In this document: piece by piece, positions 26,616-36,002 of the stretch
How positions within the stretch are numbered: position 1 is the first letter of the stretch
Layout of the letters: each line of letters starts with the position of its first letter
DNA from: a virus
Lineage: Duplodnaviria; Caudoviricetes
Direction: 5' to 3' (one strand)
Length of the DNA: 64,000 nt
Virus record (IMG/VR): IMGVR_UViG_3300048672_000970
Coordinates: 64,001-128,000 of that record
Program-made: the position numbers and the translations under genes
The notes under the pieces: generated by a model
Told to the model about the DNA's origin: nothing
The model's input: only the letters and a program-made list of their open reading frames with translations
Database searches by the model: none

Positions 26616-27170
26616 ATGAAAATGTCGAAGATGATTATGATTGGTGCTGGTATTGCACTGGCAGTTGTCGCGGTCGCCGGTTATGTTGGTGCGGCCAATT
26701 CTGGCAACACCTTTGAACAGCAAATCAAGTACAAGTTCAAGGACAATGAAAACGTCCTTGCGCAGTATGGGCAAAAGATTACTGAGGCGGCGGGCGTGAC
26801 GGGGCTTGCTGCTGAAGACCTGCAAAAGACCATCAAGTCGGCCATTTCCGGCCGATACGGTGAAAACGGGTCTACTGCCGTCATGCAGATGATTACCGAA
26901 CAAAATCCGACTATCGCCCCCACGCTGTATCGCAATCTGCAAACCATGATTGCTGCCGGTCGTGACCGGTTTGAAAGTGCGCAAACGCAGCGAATGGCTA
27001 TTTGTCAAGCCTATGAAACGAAGCTTGGCACGGTTTTTGGTGGCACTATGATGCGCATTGCCGGCTATCCCCGTATTGACCTTGACAAATACTGTAAGGT
27101 CATCACTACTGTCCGAGCTGATGAAGCTTTCCGAACCGGCATTGAATCCGGCCCGTTGCTCAAGCGTTAA
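26616..27170 (+). CDS. Membrane-anchored LemA-like conserved phage protein
   Basis: N-terminal TM; ITEQNP...LYRNLQ..I.AGRDxF...Q. Confidence 0.6.
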   Translation: MKMSKMIMIGAGIALAVVAVAGYVGAANSGNTFEQQIKYKFKDNENVLAQYGQKITEAAGVTGLAAEDLQKTIKSAISGRYGENGSTAVMQMITEQNPTIAPTLYRNLQTMIAAGRDRFESAQTQRMAICQAYETKLGTVFGGTMMRIAGYPRIDLDKYCKVITTVRADEAFRTGIESGPLLKR

Positions 27171-27184
27171 CCCAGGAGACTAAC

Positions 27185-27379
27185 ATGTTCACGCCCGATA
27201 AGTCCCCTGAACAACGCGATAATCAGCTCGTTTCATTAAAGGCACAGCTTCATCAGGCTGAAGCCAATCTGAAGGCAGCTACCCATCCTTTCGCTATTCA
27301 AGCCTTTTCGGAACTGCGTGACATGTTGGTCAAGCGTATCACCACCATCGAAAAGACGTTTTCTAGTATTCCCAGCTAA
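27185..27379 (+). CDS. Hypothetical protein
   Basis: AGGAG SD. Confidence 0.6.
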   Translation: MFTPDKSPEQRDNQLVSLKAQLHQAEANLKAATHPFAIQAFSELRDMLVKRITTIEKTFSSIPS

Positions 27380-27436
27380 CATTTGCATTCCGTTAGCGGG
27401 TATGGTAGAATGAATTAAATTGAACGAAAGGACACT

Positions 27437-27625
27437 ATGGCACAACTCGAAATCTTTGACATCAATAACCCGGACATGTATGACGAAACCGGCGTGTTGA
27501 AGAAAGAGTATTTTGAGCATATTTTCCGATTGACCACTTTGCAACCGAGTGATGTAATTGGTAAGGTTGCTAACAGCATCTTCCAGCTTGGTGAGATTCT
27601 AAATCCTGAGCTACATACAGAATAA
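27437..27625 (+). CDS. Hypothetical protein
   Basis: AAGGA SD, own TAGAAT -10 upstream. Confidence 0.55.
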   Translation: MAQLEIFDINNPDMYDETGVLKKEYFEHIFRLTTLQPSDVIGKVANSIFQLGEILNPELHTE

Positions 27626-27699
27626 CATCTAATAAATGTTATACTAGGCATCGGGAGGGGTTCTCGATGCTTCATTAACCCTCATTCAAGGAGTCAAGA

Positions 27700-28749
27700 A
27701 TGAAAATGAAAAAAGTAAAAGTAGTTATTGGCCGTTTTAGTGGCCTACACAATGGGCACATCAATCTACTGAATGTTGCTGCATCCGATGCTGACCTTGT
27801 GATCGTTGTTATTGGGAGTAGTTTCATCGCCCCGAATCCAAAAAATCCGTTTTCTTTTAGTGACCGGCGATACATGCTCCAAGAAGCAGTTGAAGCGATG
27901 CCATCAATGAATAACGTCGGTCTGCGAGTGGTTGGCGTTCGTGATTATGCTAACAACTCAAAGTGGATTGCCGAAACGGAACGAGTCGTCCATGAAGCCA
28001 TCACCGAATTTATGCCCGGTGAAAATCATGAAATCACACTGGTTGGATATGAGAAGGATGAAACTTCTTCTTATGTACACATGTTCAAGTGGAAGAAATA
28101 TCTGCTGTCCGACGCTGTCAATTTCAATAACCGGGTACTGTCTGCTACCGATATTCGTGAAGCACTGTTTAACGGGCAGCTAGAAAGTATCAAAGAGGGT
28201 GTGCCGGAAAGTACCTATCGGTTTCTATCCCGATATGCACAATCTGATGCGTTCAATTTGATGCGAGCTGAAAAGCAGTATTATACGGATTACCAAGCAG
28301 CGGCATCGGTGGCACCTTATCCTATCATTTACCAAACGTCTGATGCGGTGGTTGTCCAATCTGGACACATTCTACTAATCGAACGTAAGCACATTCCGGG
28401 CCAAGGACTTCTCGCGCTCCCTGGTGGATTCCTGCACACGAATGAACTGCGGATTGACGGGATGGTTCGTGAACTGCGGGAAGAAACTAGGATGAAAGTT
28501 CCCGAACCCGTTATTCGGCGGTCGGTGGTTAAATCTGAAGAATTTGAAGATCCGAATCGAAGCCTTCGGGGCCGTGTCATCACGAAAGCTTTTCTGGTAC
28601 AATTGGACGATACAAAAGACCTGCCGGCCGTCAAGGCGGCAGATGATGCAAAGAAGGCGTTTTGGTTCCCTTTGAGCCGCATTGATGAAATTCAGGACAG
28701 GTTCTTTGAAGACCATTACGACATTATCAAAACGTTGACTGGAGTCTAA
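27700..28749 (+). CDS. nadM: Bifunctional NMN adenylyltransferase / Nudix ADP-ribose hydrolase (NadM-Nudix, NatV-like)
   Basis: GRFSGLHNGH (HxGH), NPFSFSDR, SATDIR, then LALPGG...RELREET Nudix box, AADDA, FEDH. Confidence 0.93.
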   Translation: MKMKKVKVVIGRFSGLHNGHINLLNVAASDADLVIVVIGSSFIAPNPKNPFSFSDRRYMLQEAVEAMPSMNNVGLRVVGVRDYANNSKWIAETERVVHEAITEFMPGENHEITLVGYEKDETSSYVHMFKWKKYLLSDAVNFNNRVLSATDIREALFNGQLESIKEGVPESTYRFLSRYAQSDAFNLMRAEKQYYTDYQAAASVAPYPIIYQTSDAVVVQSGHILLIERKHIPGQGLLALPGGFLHTNELRIDGMVRELREETRMKVPEPVIRRSVVKSEEFEDPNRSLRGRVITKAFLVQLDDTKDLPAVKAADDAKKAFWFPLSRIDEIQDRFFEDHYDIIKTLTGV

Positions 28750-28947
28750 ATGTTTTACACCTTGGTGCAAATGGCGTGCGTTTCTATCTGCTGGGCCGCC
28801 CTTTATGATAGAATGACTGAACATGAATTGCCGTTCCTTCGCAAAAGCTTTCTGGCAACGGTATTCAGTTCATTTGCACTTATCCCAATTTTCGGATGGC
28901 TGCTTGTGTGGCTGGCGATTATCGACTTGTTCGTTAAGCGCAAGTGA
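28750..28947 (+). CDS. Small membrane protein
   Basis: Hydrophobic, abutting upstream stop. Confidence 0.55.
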   Translation: MFYTLVQMACVSICWAALYDRMTEHELPFLRKSFLATVFSSFALIPIFGWLLVWLAIIDLFVKRK

Positions 28948-29045
28948 TGGTAGTCGATTCTGAAATGAACTGAGAAATCAGTTCACACCAGTTATCAAGG
29001 GGGTCTTGATAACTGTTCTCTCAACTAAAGTAAAGGAGTTTTACT

Positions 29046-30455
29046 ATGAATGCAAATAATCCCGCCCTCCGTTTCATGAACACGAATCTCATCCTGGCCG
29101 CTGACTCGTATAAGACGAGCCAGTATCCGATTTTCCCGGATAGCCAAGAAGGGCTGTATGTGTACATTGAGGCGCGGAGTAAGGGTGATATCATTGTTCC
29201 AGCCGGCATTAAGGCCATGCTTGAACGGTATCTCAGTACGCCAATCACTCAGGAAATGATTGATGAAGCCGAACAGTTCATCACCGGGCATGGCGAGCCG
29301 TTTAACCGTGAAGGATGGGAATACATCCTGAATCAATATGGCGGTTGGCTTCCGTTCACGATTCGAGCTATTCCGGAAGGCATGCCGGTTCCGTCGAGCA
29401 TTCCGCTGTTCACGGTTGAATGCTCTGACAAGAAGGCTAAATTCGCTGCGACGTATATTGAAACATGGTGTCAGCGAGGTGTGTGGTATCCTACTACCAT
29501 TGCTTCGCAAGGCTATGAAGCGAAAAAGGAAATCAAGCGGTATTACGAAATTTCTGGCGCAGAAATGAGTGATCTGGCGTTTGGTCTTCTAGATTTTGCT
29601 GGCCGCGGTTTTACTTGTGGCGAACAGGCGCAACTTGGCACGATGGCGCACATGTACAATTGGCTCGGCACTGATACGATGGAAGGTGTTCTGTTCACTA
29701 ACAACCTGTACGGCTGTGAAATGGCAGGATTTTCTGTCCCAGCGTCCGAACACAATAATCAAATTTCGTTTGGGGAAGAAAACGAATATGAATATGTGAA
29801 AAAGATGCTGGACACGTATGCCAAGCCTGGAAAGGTCGTTAGCATTGTCATTGATGGATATAATGCACACCAGTGTGTTGACATGCTGTGTGAACAGTTT
29901 GGCGATTTCATCAAAACGAGTGGTGCTTTGGTTTGTGCACGTCATGATTCCGGCCTCGCCGAAGAACAGATTAGCTGGCTGCTGAATCGACTGGCTAAGA
30001 CGTTCGGTTATACCATTAACGCGAAGGGGTACAAAAAGCTCAATTGCGTGAAGGTGCTGTGGGGTGATGGCATCAATCAAATGACCATTCGGAGCCTGTA
30101 CGGTTTCGTTGTGGCTAACGGATGGGCTGCAAATAACATCACTCTCGGTTCTGGTGGTGGTCTGATGCAATCGTGCACCCGTGACACTTACAAGTTTGCC
30201 ATGAAGGGTTCTGCCCAACTGGTGAATGGTGTTTGGAAGGGTATGTCGAAGCGGCCGATTACTGACCCTGGCAAGCGCAGCAAGGAAGGTCGTGTTGCGG
30301 CTTGCCAGATGGCGGATGGAAGTTATGGTTGGTATGACCTTGATATTGGTCTGCCGGAAGGTGCTTCTGATATCATGGAAACCATCTATGATTGCGGAAA
30401 GCGGTTTGAAATGGCAAATCTGGATACCATCCGTGCTCGCACGGGACTGTGGTGA
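29046..30455 (+). CDS. nadV: Nicotinamide phosphoribosyltransferase
   Basis: LAADSYKTSQ, LLDFAGRG, SVPASEH, RHDSG, WGDGI, TLGSGGGL, RDTYKFAMK, TDPGKRSKEG. Confidence 0.95.
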   Translation: MNANNPALRFMNTNLILAADSYKTSQYPIFPDSQEGLYVYIEARSKGDIIVPAGIKAMLERYLSTPITQEMIDEAEQFITGHGEPFNREGWEYILNQYGGWLPFTIRAIPEGMPVPSSIPLFTVECSDKKAKFAATYIETWCQRGVWYPTTIASQGYEAKKEIKRYYEISGAEMSDLAFGLLDFAGRGFTCGEQAQLGTMAHMYNWLGTDTMEGVLFTNNLYGCEMAGFSVPASEHNNQISFGEENEYEYVKKMLDTYAKPGKVVSIVIDGYNAHQCVDMLCEQFGDFIKTSGALVCARHDSGLAEEQISWLLNRLAKTFGYTINAKGYKKLNCVKVLWGDGINQMTIRSLYGFVVANGWAANNITLGSGGGLMQSCTRDTYKFAMKGSAQLVNGVWKGMSKRPITDPGKRSKEGRVAACQMADGSYGWYDLDIGLPEGASDIMETIYDCGKRFEMANLDTIRARTGLW

Positions 30456-30463
30456 TTCAGCAG

Positions 30464-30490
30464 AAAAGGGGCTTCGGCCCCTTTTCTTTT
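30464..30490 (+). terminator. Rho-independent terminator
   Basis: GGGGC-TTCG-GCCCC + T run. Confidence 0.9.
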
Positions 30491-30526
30491 TCTAACCCCA
30501 TGTAAATAATAAAAACTATCATTGGC

Positions 30527-32146
30527 ATGGCAGCATTCAAACAATTTTTAGCTGAGATGAAATTTACCGAAGTGATGCCGAAAGGCTTCAAAGAGTTTCA
30601 CGACAAGTACAAGACGAAACAATTCAAAGACGAGCATCTATTTGTCAACTTTTCAAACCATATTGGTAACGTTGATGACAAAACTTCTTATGCAAATCCA
30701 GACCATCATGACCCGCAAGGCACATATGGCTATCCACTGAAATATGTGATTGACCATCCGAGTGACCTGATGTATGGGGTGTCGGCGAAGTTTTTACGGG
30801 TGTTACAACCTTCTTCTAATGCAAACATTCTCTGGCTTCAACATATGATGCCAAACCAACAGCGGAAAATGTTCAACCAGTTTTTTCATAAGATTGAAAT
30901 GGAAACGGCGATTAAAGCCATGCGCACTCATCGGAATCTAGAAAATGATAACTCAGCTTGGTTTTCGTGTATGCAGCTACCCGAGACTGAAATGGATACA
31001 CTGATTAGCTGGTATAAAACTAAAAAACAAAACAGGGAACGAATTGACCTGAAAATTTTATCTGCTGGCGAGCAAACAAAAAGATTCCGAATGTTTGACA
31101 TTGACGCCATTCTAGATACGGCGTCTAATCTCAAAAAAGCCATTATCAACGACCGTGAGCCGGAACAAATTGTGTTCCTACACCGAGGCGCTTTCAAAAC
31201 TGTGGAAGTGTTTAATCTAAGGGACGTTAAAGAAACTCGTGGTGAAAGTATCACTAACATTTCTTCTGCGCACGAGCAAGAAACTTGTAGAAAGATTGCT
31301 GCTGAAGTTGCATTGCGTATCGGTGAAAAGTTACTTTCAACTGCACCAATGACTAATAACATGGGCGGCTATAACGTATTTTTCACGAAGTCTGGACAAC
31401 TCATTTGGGTTGACATGCAGAATTCTGCCGAACGAGAGGGTTTGAAAATGGGGCAGAAGAAACATAAAGAATTTAAGAAGAATGACAGGCATGAAGTGGC
31501 TATTCGAGTTACTGGAAAGAAACAAAAGGTTGAGGGAAAGTTTGGTATTGATTACTCGATTGAGGAAATGGCTAATATTATCAAGCGGTATTATGAAATG
31601 GCTGATGACGTTGAAACCTTTACCCCGTTCCATTCTGCCAAAGAATATACAGACCATCAGGCCAAATTGAGTAGTCTGGCCGCCAAAAAACGTGCGCGCG
31701 CCGAATACATGGCTGCAGGTACGGAGAAGATTAAAGAAGGTGTAGAAAAGTTCTATCATGCTTTCGGAGTGACCCCTGATAACTTAGCTACAGAAGCTGA
31801 TGTGTTATGGGTATTCAAAAACATTCAAATGGCGTTACCGTTCTATTTTGATTCTAAAGAGTCAGTGCAAGATGAGGCATTACAGCAAGAATCATACCTC
31901 AGAAATATTGGCACCAAAATTGCTCGTAATTTTGTAATGTCGTTGGCTGATGAGTTACCCGCCCGGATGGATTTGCCACAGCTTGAAAAGGTGTTAGATA
32001 AAATTCGTGTAATGGCGAAGGATTGGGATGAATCGACTTTAAGACGGATTAAACATCTGGCGTTTAGCGGCGGGATGTCAAGTACGCCGAACTACTCCTA
32101 TCCAGAGCATGTTGTAGACCTGCTGACTCGTGAAAAGTTGATTTAA
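30527..32146 (+). CDS. Large hypothetical late protein, putative virion internal protein
   Basis: TAAATA at 30503; MAAFKQFLAE; PxGTYGYPL motif. Confidence 0.75.
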   Translation: MAAFKQFLAEMKFTEVMPKGFKEFHDKYKTKQFKDEHLFVNFSNHIGNVDDKTSYANPDHHDPQGTYGYPLKYVIDHPSDLMYGVSAKFLRVLQPSSNANILWLQHMMPNQQRKMFNQFFHKIEMETAIKAMRTHRNLENDNSAWFSCMQLPETEMDTLISWYKTKKQNRERIDLKILSAGEQTKRFRMFDIDAILDTASNLKKAIINDREPEQIVFLHRGAFKTVEVFNLRDVKETRGESITNISSAHEQETCRKIAAEVALRIGEKLLSTAPMTNNMGGYNVFFTKSGQLIWVDMQNSAEREGLKMGQKKHKEFKKNDRHEVAIRVTGKKQKVEGKFGIDYSIEEMANIIKRYYEMADDVETFTPFHSAKEYTDHQAKLSSLAAKKRARAEYMAAGTEKIKEGVEKFYHAFGVTPDNLATEADVLWVFKNIQMALPFYFDSKESVQDEALQQESYLRNIGTKIARNFVMSLADELPARMDLPQLEKVLDKIRVMAKDWDESTLRRIKHLAFSGGMSSTPNYSYPEHVVDLLTREKLI

Positions 32147-32213
32147 CCCCTTGTGTTTCCCTCGATAGTCTTTTACAATAACGTCCATCAACAACTTTGC
32201 GAGGAACCGAATC

Positions 32214-32525
32214 ATGATTACTGCACATCTGGCCGACTACCTGCACAATGAGGTGGACGTTTGTAAGCTGACCACAGCAAAGCTGGCCGCCAATATTGAC
32301 CATTTCCTATCAGCGGATGTTGATGGGACGGTTGAACTGATGGACAATCTGCTGTCTTCGTTTGAGAACCGGGTACGAAACAATATCGACAAGGTATGGT
32401 CTTTCTGCCATGAACAGGGGTATCATCTTTCAACCGTCAACATCTTTTCTGAAGATGGTATTGCGAAGGTAATGCTAGTTTGGAATGATGAATGGATTGA
32501 ACAGTTCAATCTGTCCGATTTTTGA
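32214..32525 (+). CDS. Hypothetical protein
   Basis: GAGG SD, TACAAT -10 upstream. Confidence 0.65.
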   Translation: MITAHLADYLHNEVDVCKLTTAKLAANIDHFLSADVDGTVELMDNLLSSFENRVRNNIDKVWSFCHEQGYHLSTVNIFSEDGIAKVMLVWNDEWIEQFNLSDF

Positions 32526-32570
32526 GTAATGTGTTATACTCCTACAACAAAAATTACATAGGAGTATAAC

Positions 32571-32837
32571 ATGTGGAAAGTAGCAGAATTGACTGAGGTT
32601 TCAAAGGGCATTTTTTCAAAGCATTTTTATGGTGGGCAAGTATTTTGCAGAGAGTATGAATACATGCCAGGAAGGAAGAAAGTTTTGATTACGCCGAGAA
32701 TTGCTGAAACCTCAGTGAAAGTGCTTTCAGCCGTATTAGCCAAAAACTTTTACAACATCGTCGGAGATACAACGCCTGAACAGCAGGAGAAACTGATTGC
32801 ATTAGAGCAAGTGTTCGTTAATAGCGGTCGATTATAA
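32571..32837 (+). CDS. Hypothetical protein
   Basis: AGGAG SD. Confidence 0.65.
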   Translation: MWKVAELTEVSKGIFSKHFYGGQVFCREYEYMPGRKKVLITPRIAETSVKVLSAVLAKNFYNIVGDTTPEQQEKLIALEQVFVNSGRL

Positions 32838-32850
32838 GGAGAATAGAGAC

Positions 32851-33093
32851 ATGCACCATCTTGAGTTTCATCTAAAAAGTGCCATTGATAAAGTGGTCGT
32901 CATTTTGTGGGTTATAGCCATGATGGTGTGTGTTTTAGACTTATTGGTTTTTAAATTCGTCCCCGGATTAGCGGCCATCGTGTTAATGGTCAACGGAATT
33001 TCCGGTAGTTCTTGGTGTTTTATCAAGAAGTACCTCTATGATAAAGAAGAAACGCAGACAGAAAAAACACCAACTGACCGCAACGGTCTTTGA
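32851..33093 (+). CDS. Small membrane protein
   Basis: AAGGAG SD; 2 TM. Confidence 0.55.
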   Translation: MHHLEFHLKSAIDKVVVILWVIAMMVCVLDLLVFKFVPGLAAIVLMVNGISGSSWCFIKKYLYDKEETQTEKTPTDRNGL

Positions 33094-33364
33094 TAAGAAA
33101 GGCAATGTGTTGAGCATTGCCGGCAATAGTTTTTCCAAAACCCATCCTGAACAGAAACGATTAGCGTATCGGTGTGGCTTACACCATAAAATTTTCCTCC
33201 ACGCGGAAATCGCGGCGCTTATCAAAGTAAGAAATGGAACACCGTACAAGATAAAAGTTGAACGGTATGATAATTGTGGCAATCCGGTGTTAGCAAAACC
33301 GTGCCCAATTTGCGAGCTGGCTATCAAAGAAGCCGGCATTAAATTCGTTGAATACACCATGTAA
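33038..33364 (+). CDS. Stand-alone cytidine-deaminase-superfamily protein
   Basis: HAEIAAL ... AKPCPIC zinc motif. Confidence 0.85.
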   Translation: MIKKKRRQKKHQLTATVFDKKGNVLSIAGNSFSKTHPEQKRLAYRCGLHHKIFLHAEIAALIKVRNGTPYKIKVERYDNCGNPVLAKPCPICELAIKEAGIKFVEYTM

Positions 33365-33369
33365 GGAAA

Positions 33370-33774
33370 ATGATGAATCTCATTCAAACCCTGAAAATTG
33401 AACTGTTCACCCATCGACGTGCTAATAACGTCGTTGCCCGGAACCTGCTAACCACCCTGATTGGTGAAGCTGAAATGGTCGGCAAGAACGCCGGTAATCG
33501 AGAAACGACAGACGCAGAAGTAATCGCCATTGTTAAAAAGTTCATTGACAAGAATCGTGAATTTGCACAACTGGCGGGTGATTCTGACGTGCTGAAAGAA
33601 GAACTGGACATCCTGCAAAAGATTATGCCACCGCAACTGAGTTATAACGAATTGGTTGCCATCTTCCAAGAACTGAACGCGATGAATCTTGGCGAGGCGA
33701 TGAAATGGCTCAAACAAAATTATCCCGGCCGCTATGACGGCAAAGAGGCCAAGAAGGCTTTTGAGGCACAATGA
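33370..33774 (+). CDS. GatB/YqeY-domain protein
   Basis: LTTLIGE...EVIAIVKKFI...E.DIL.K.MPPQLS...LGEAMKWLK...GRYDGK. Confidence 0.85.
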   Translation: MMNLIQTLKIELFTHRRANNVVARNLLTTLIGEAEMVGKNAGNRETTDAEVIAIVKKFIDKNREFAQLAGDSDVLKEELDILQKIMPPQLSYNELVAIFQELNAMNLGEAMKWLKQNYPGRYDGKEAKKAFEAQ

Positions 33775-34367
33775 TGCGTTCAGTAGTCATCAACCTATTC
33801 GCCGGCCCTGGAGCTGGTAAATCAACCACTGCGGCTCGTTTGTTTTCATCCCTGAAGCTGCTGGGTAAGAATGCTGAACTGGTGCAGGAATTTGCCAAAG
33901 GGGCTGTGTGGGAAAAGCGAAGTCAAAAGCTGTTTGCTTGCCAACCGTATATCACAGGTAAACAAATTTGGCAACAGGCTCGGCTAGCCGATGAAGTGGA
34001 ATTCATGGTATCCGATTCGCCGATTCTGCTAGGGCTGGCTTATATTTCTGACGATGAACCCTCCGAGTATAAATCAGCTTTCCAGACGGTTTTGCTTCAC
34101 GAGTTCAATCGCCATACCAACATCAATTTCTTCATCAAGCGGGCCAAAGCTTATAACCCGAAAGGACGGAATCAAACTGAGCAGGAAGCGATTGAGAAGG
34201 ATAATGAAGTGAAAGCATTCCTGAATTCTCTTAACATTCCGTTCATTGAAATTTCGGGCGATGCTTCGGCGGACATGCAAATTATCGACCACCTTATTTT
34301 GAAGGGCGTTATCAATGAAGTAAATAATGGAAACACCCTCCATTATGAAACTTCGCCAAATTATTGA
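33771..34367 (+). CDS. P-loop NTPase / NadR-like nucleoside kinase family
   Basis: INLFAGPGAGKST, ELVQEFAK, SDSPILL, GRNQTE. Confidence 0.8.
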   Translation: MMRSVVINLFAGPGAGKSTTAARLFSSLKLLGKNAELVQEFAKGAVWEKRSQKLFACQPYITGKQIWQQARLADEVEFMVSDSPILLGLAYISDDEPSEYKSAFQTVLLHEFNRHTNINFFIKRAKAYNPKGRNQTEQEAIEKDNEVKAFLNSLNIPFIEISGDASADMQIIDHLILKGVINEVNNGNTLHYETSPNY

Positions 34368-35196
34368 GTCACCTATTCCTGACGCCGACCCCCTGAATGA
34401 TTTCTATCATCATTCAGGGAGTTTTTCATTTCGTGAAAACATCGGCCGTTTCAAGAAACGATTTCCGATTATTGGGCAAGGGTCATCGAGAGTAGTTTTC
34501 TCCGCACCAATCGATATCAGTTGGTTGAAAGCAAATGATATAGAGAAGGTTGGTAACAAACAAACCGGCATTAAAACCGCCATCAAACTAGCTAAAAATG
34601 CTAAAGGCTTATTTCAGAACGCGGAAGAACTGCGTATCTATGAAATAGCAAAACACATGGGTAAAGAAAGGTTCCTATGCCCTATCATCGATTGGGCTGG
34701 TAATCCAGCTTATAAGAATGATATCGTTTATACCATTTCCAGTGGGCATGATTTTGAAGCGAAGAATGGTTCTAGAAAAGCTCCATTCTGGCTCCAAATG
34801 CCGCAGGTGGTATCTCCATCTGTATCCACCTTCGATAAGTTTTTCAGCAAGCAATTTGGTTTTGTGCCAGAGTTTAGTTTGACTGAATATAATTACATGT
34901 CATCCGATGAGGCTCATGCTGAAATGGCGGCGGATGTATATGCACAGGCGTGCGACCAGTTTTCTAGCACGAAAGAGCAAGAGGATGAATTTGCCGATTT
35001 CCTTTCGTTAGCTAACGCAGTATTTGGTACAGGAATCGTAGACATGAACAACCCCGCTAATTGGGGCATTTTAGATGGGAAGCTGGTCATCATCGATTTC
35101 GGATATTCGGAAGACGTGCAGGATACTTATTCCGGGCATGTCAACATGGAAACTGCCGTTGTAAATAACGAAATAGTTATAAGTATTGAAGAATGA
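34345..35196 (+). CDS. Protein-kinase-like protein 1, putative virion internal protein
   Basis: IGQGSSRVVF Gly-loop, AIKLA, QNAEE, DMNNPANWG, VIIDFG; TAAATA at 34321; MKLRQIIE. Confidence 0.8.
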   Translation: MKLRQIIESPIPDADPLNDFYHHSGSFSFRENIGRFKKRFPIIGQGSSRVVFSAPIDISWLKANDIEKVGNKQTGIKTAIKLAKNAKGLFQNAEELRIYEIAKHMGKERFLCPIIDWAGNPAYKNDIVYTISSGHDFEAKNGSRKAPFWLQMPQVVSPSVSTFDKFFSKQFGFVPEFSLTEYNYMSSDEAHAEMAADVYAQACDQFSSTKEQEDEFADFLSLANAVFGTGIVDMNNPANWGILDGKLVIIDFGYSEDVQDTYSGHVNMETAVVNNEIVISIEE

Positions 35197-35999
35197 AACT
35201 GCGCGCATTGTTAGAAACTCCCATTGATGATGGGGCAGAAATGCACACGACTAAATCTTGGTTTTCATCTCACACCAAGATGGATTTCAAGAAGACCACT
35301 AAATCATTTTCAAAAACCTACCAAGTATTAGGAAAGGGGTCATCAAGAATTGCTTTCTCAGCCCCTATGAATATTGATGTATTCAAAGCCGATGATTTAA
35401 CGAACGTTAGTCAAAAAGATGGCAAAGCTGATACAGTCATCAAACTGGCATTCAATGAAAAAGGATTGGCTCAAAACATTGAAGAACTGAAACTATGGCA
35501 TCTGGCGAAACAACTTGGGCATGAGACGTTACTTTGCCCTATCATTGATTGGGCCGGTAATCCAGCGTATAAGAATGATACGAAGTACGTTATCGACGGG
35601 CAAAACTTTGCGGCGAAGAACGGAGATAAGAAAGCCCCTTTTTGGATTCAGTTGGCGGCGGTAAAACAGTTAACGTCCGACGCACAATTGTCCAAACTTT
35701 TTGAAGATGAGTTTGGGTTTTCAATCGAAGAACTTCGCTTACTAGCTCTGCACGCTAAACAAACTGGTAAAAAGAATTATACCAAGTCGAATGCCAGCGA
35801 GTTTTTACGGATGTGCGATTCACTCAAAATGTCGGCGGGTGATTTATTCGCGTATGAAAATTGGGGATTGCTGAAAGGTAATTTAGTTATTATCGACTAC
35901 GGTCTAACAGATGCCAATGAACACTTGTACGATTCGGAGGCGGGAGATGTTAAAATCTATTCCTCCGTTGAAAACGGAGAAGTCACTATAAGGATTTGA
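35193..35999 (+). CDS. Protein-kinase-like protein 2 (tandem paralogue)
   Basis: LGKGSSRIAF, VIKLA, QNIEE, DLFAYENWG, VIIDYG; shares LCPIIDWAGNPAYKND with upstream ORF. Confidence 0.8.
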   Translation: MKLRALLETPIDDGAEMHTTKSWFSSHTKMDFKKTTKSFSKTYQVLGKGSSRIAFSAPMNIDVFKADDLTNVSQKDGKADTVIKLAFNEKGLAQNIEELKLWHLAKQLGHETLLCPIIDWAGNPAYKNDTKYVIDGQNFAAKNGDKKAPFWIQLAAVKQLTSDAQLSKLFEDEFGFSIEELRLLALHAKQTGKKNYTKSNASEFLRMCDSLKMSAGDLFAYENWGLLKGNLVIIDYGLTDANEHLYDSEAGDVKIYSSVENGEVTIRI

Positions 36000-36002
36000 A
36001 AG

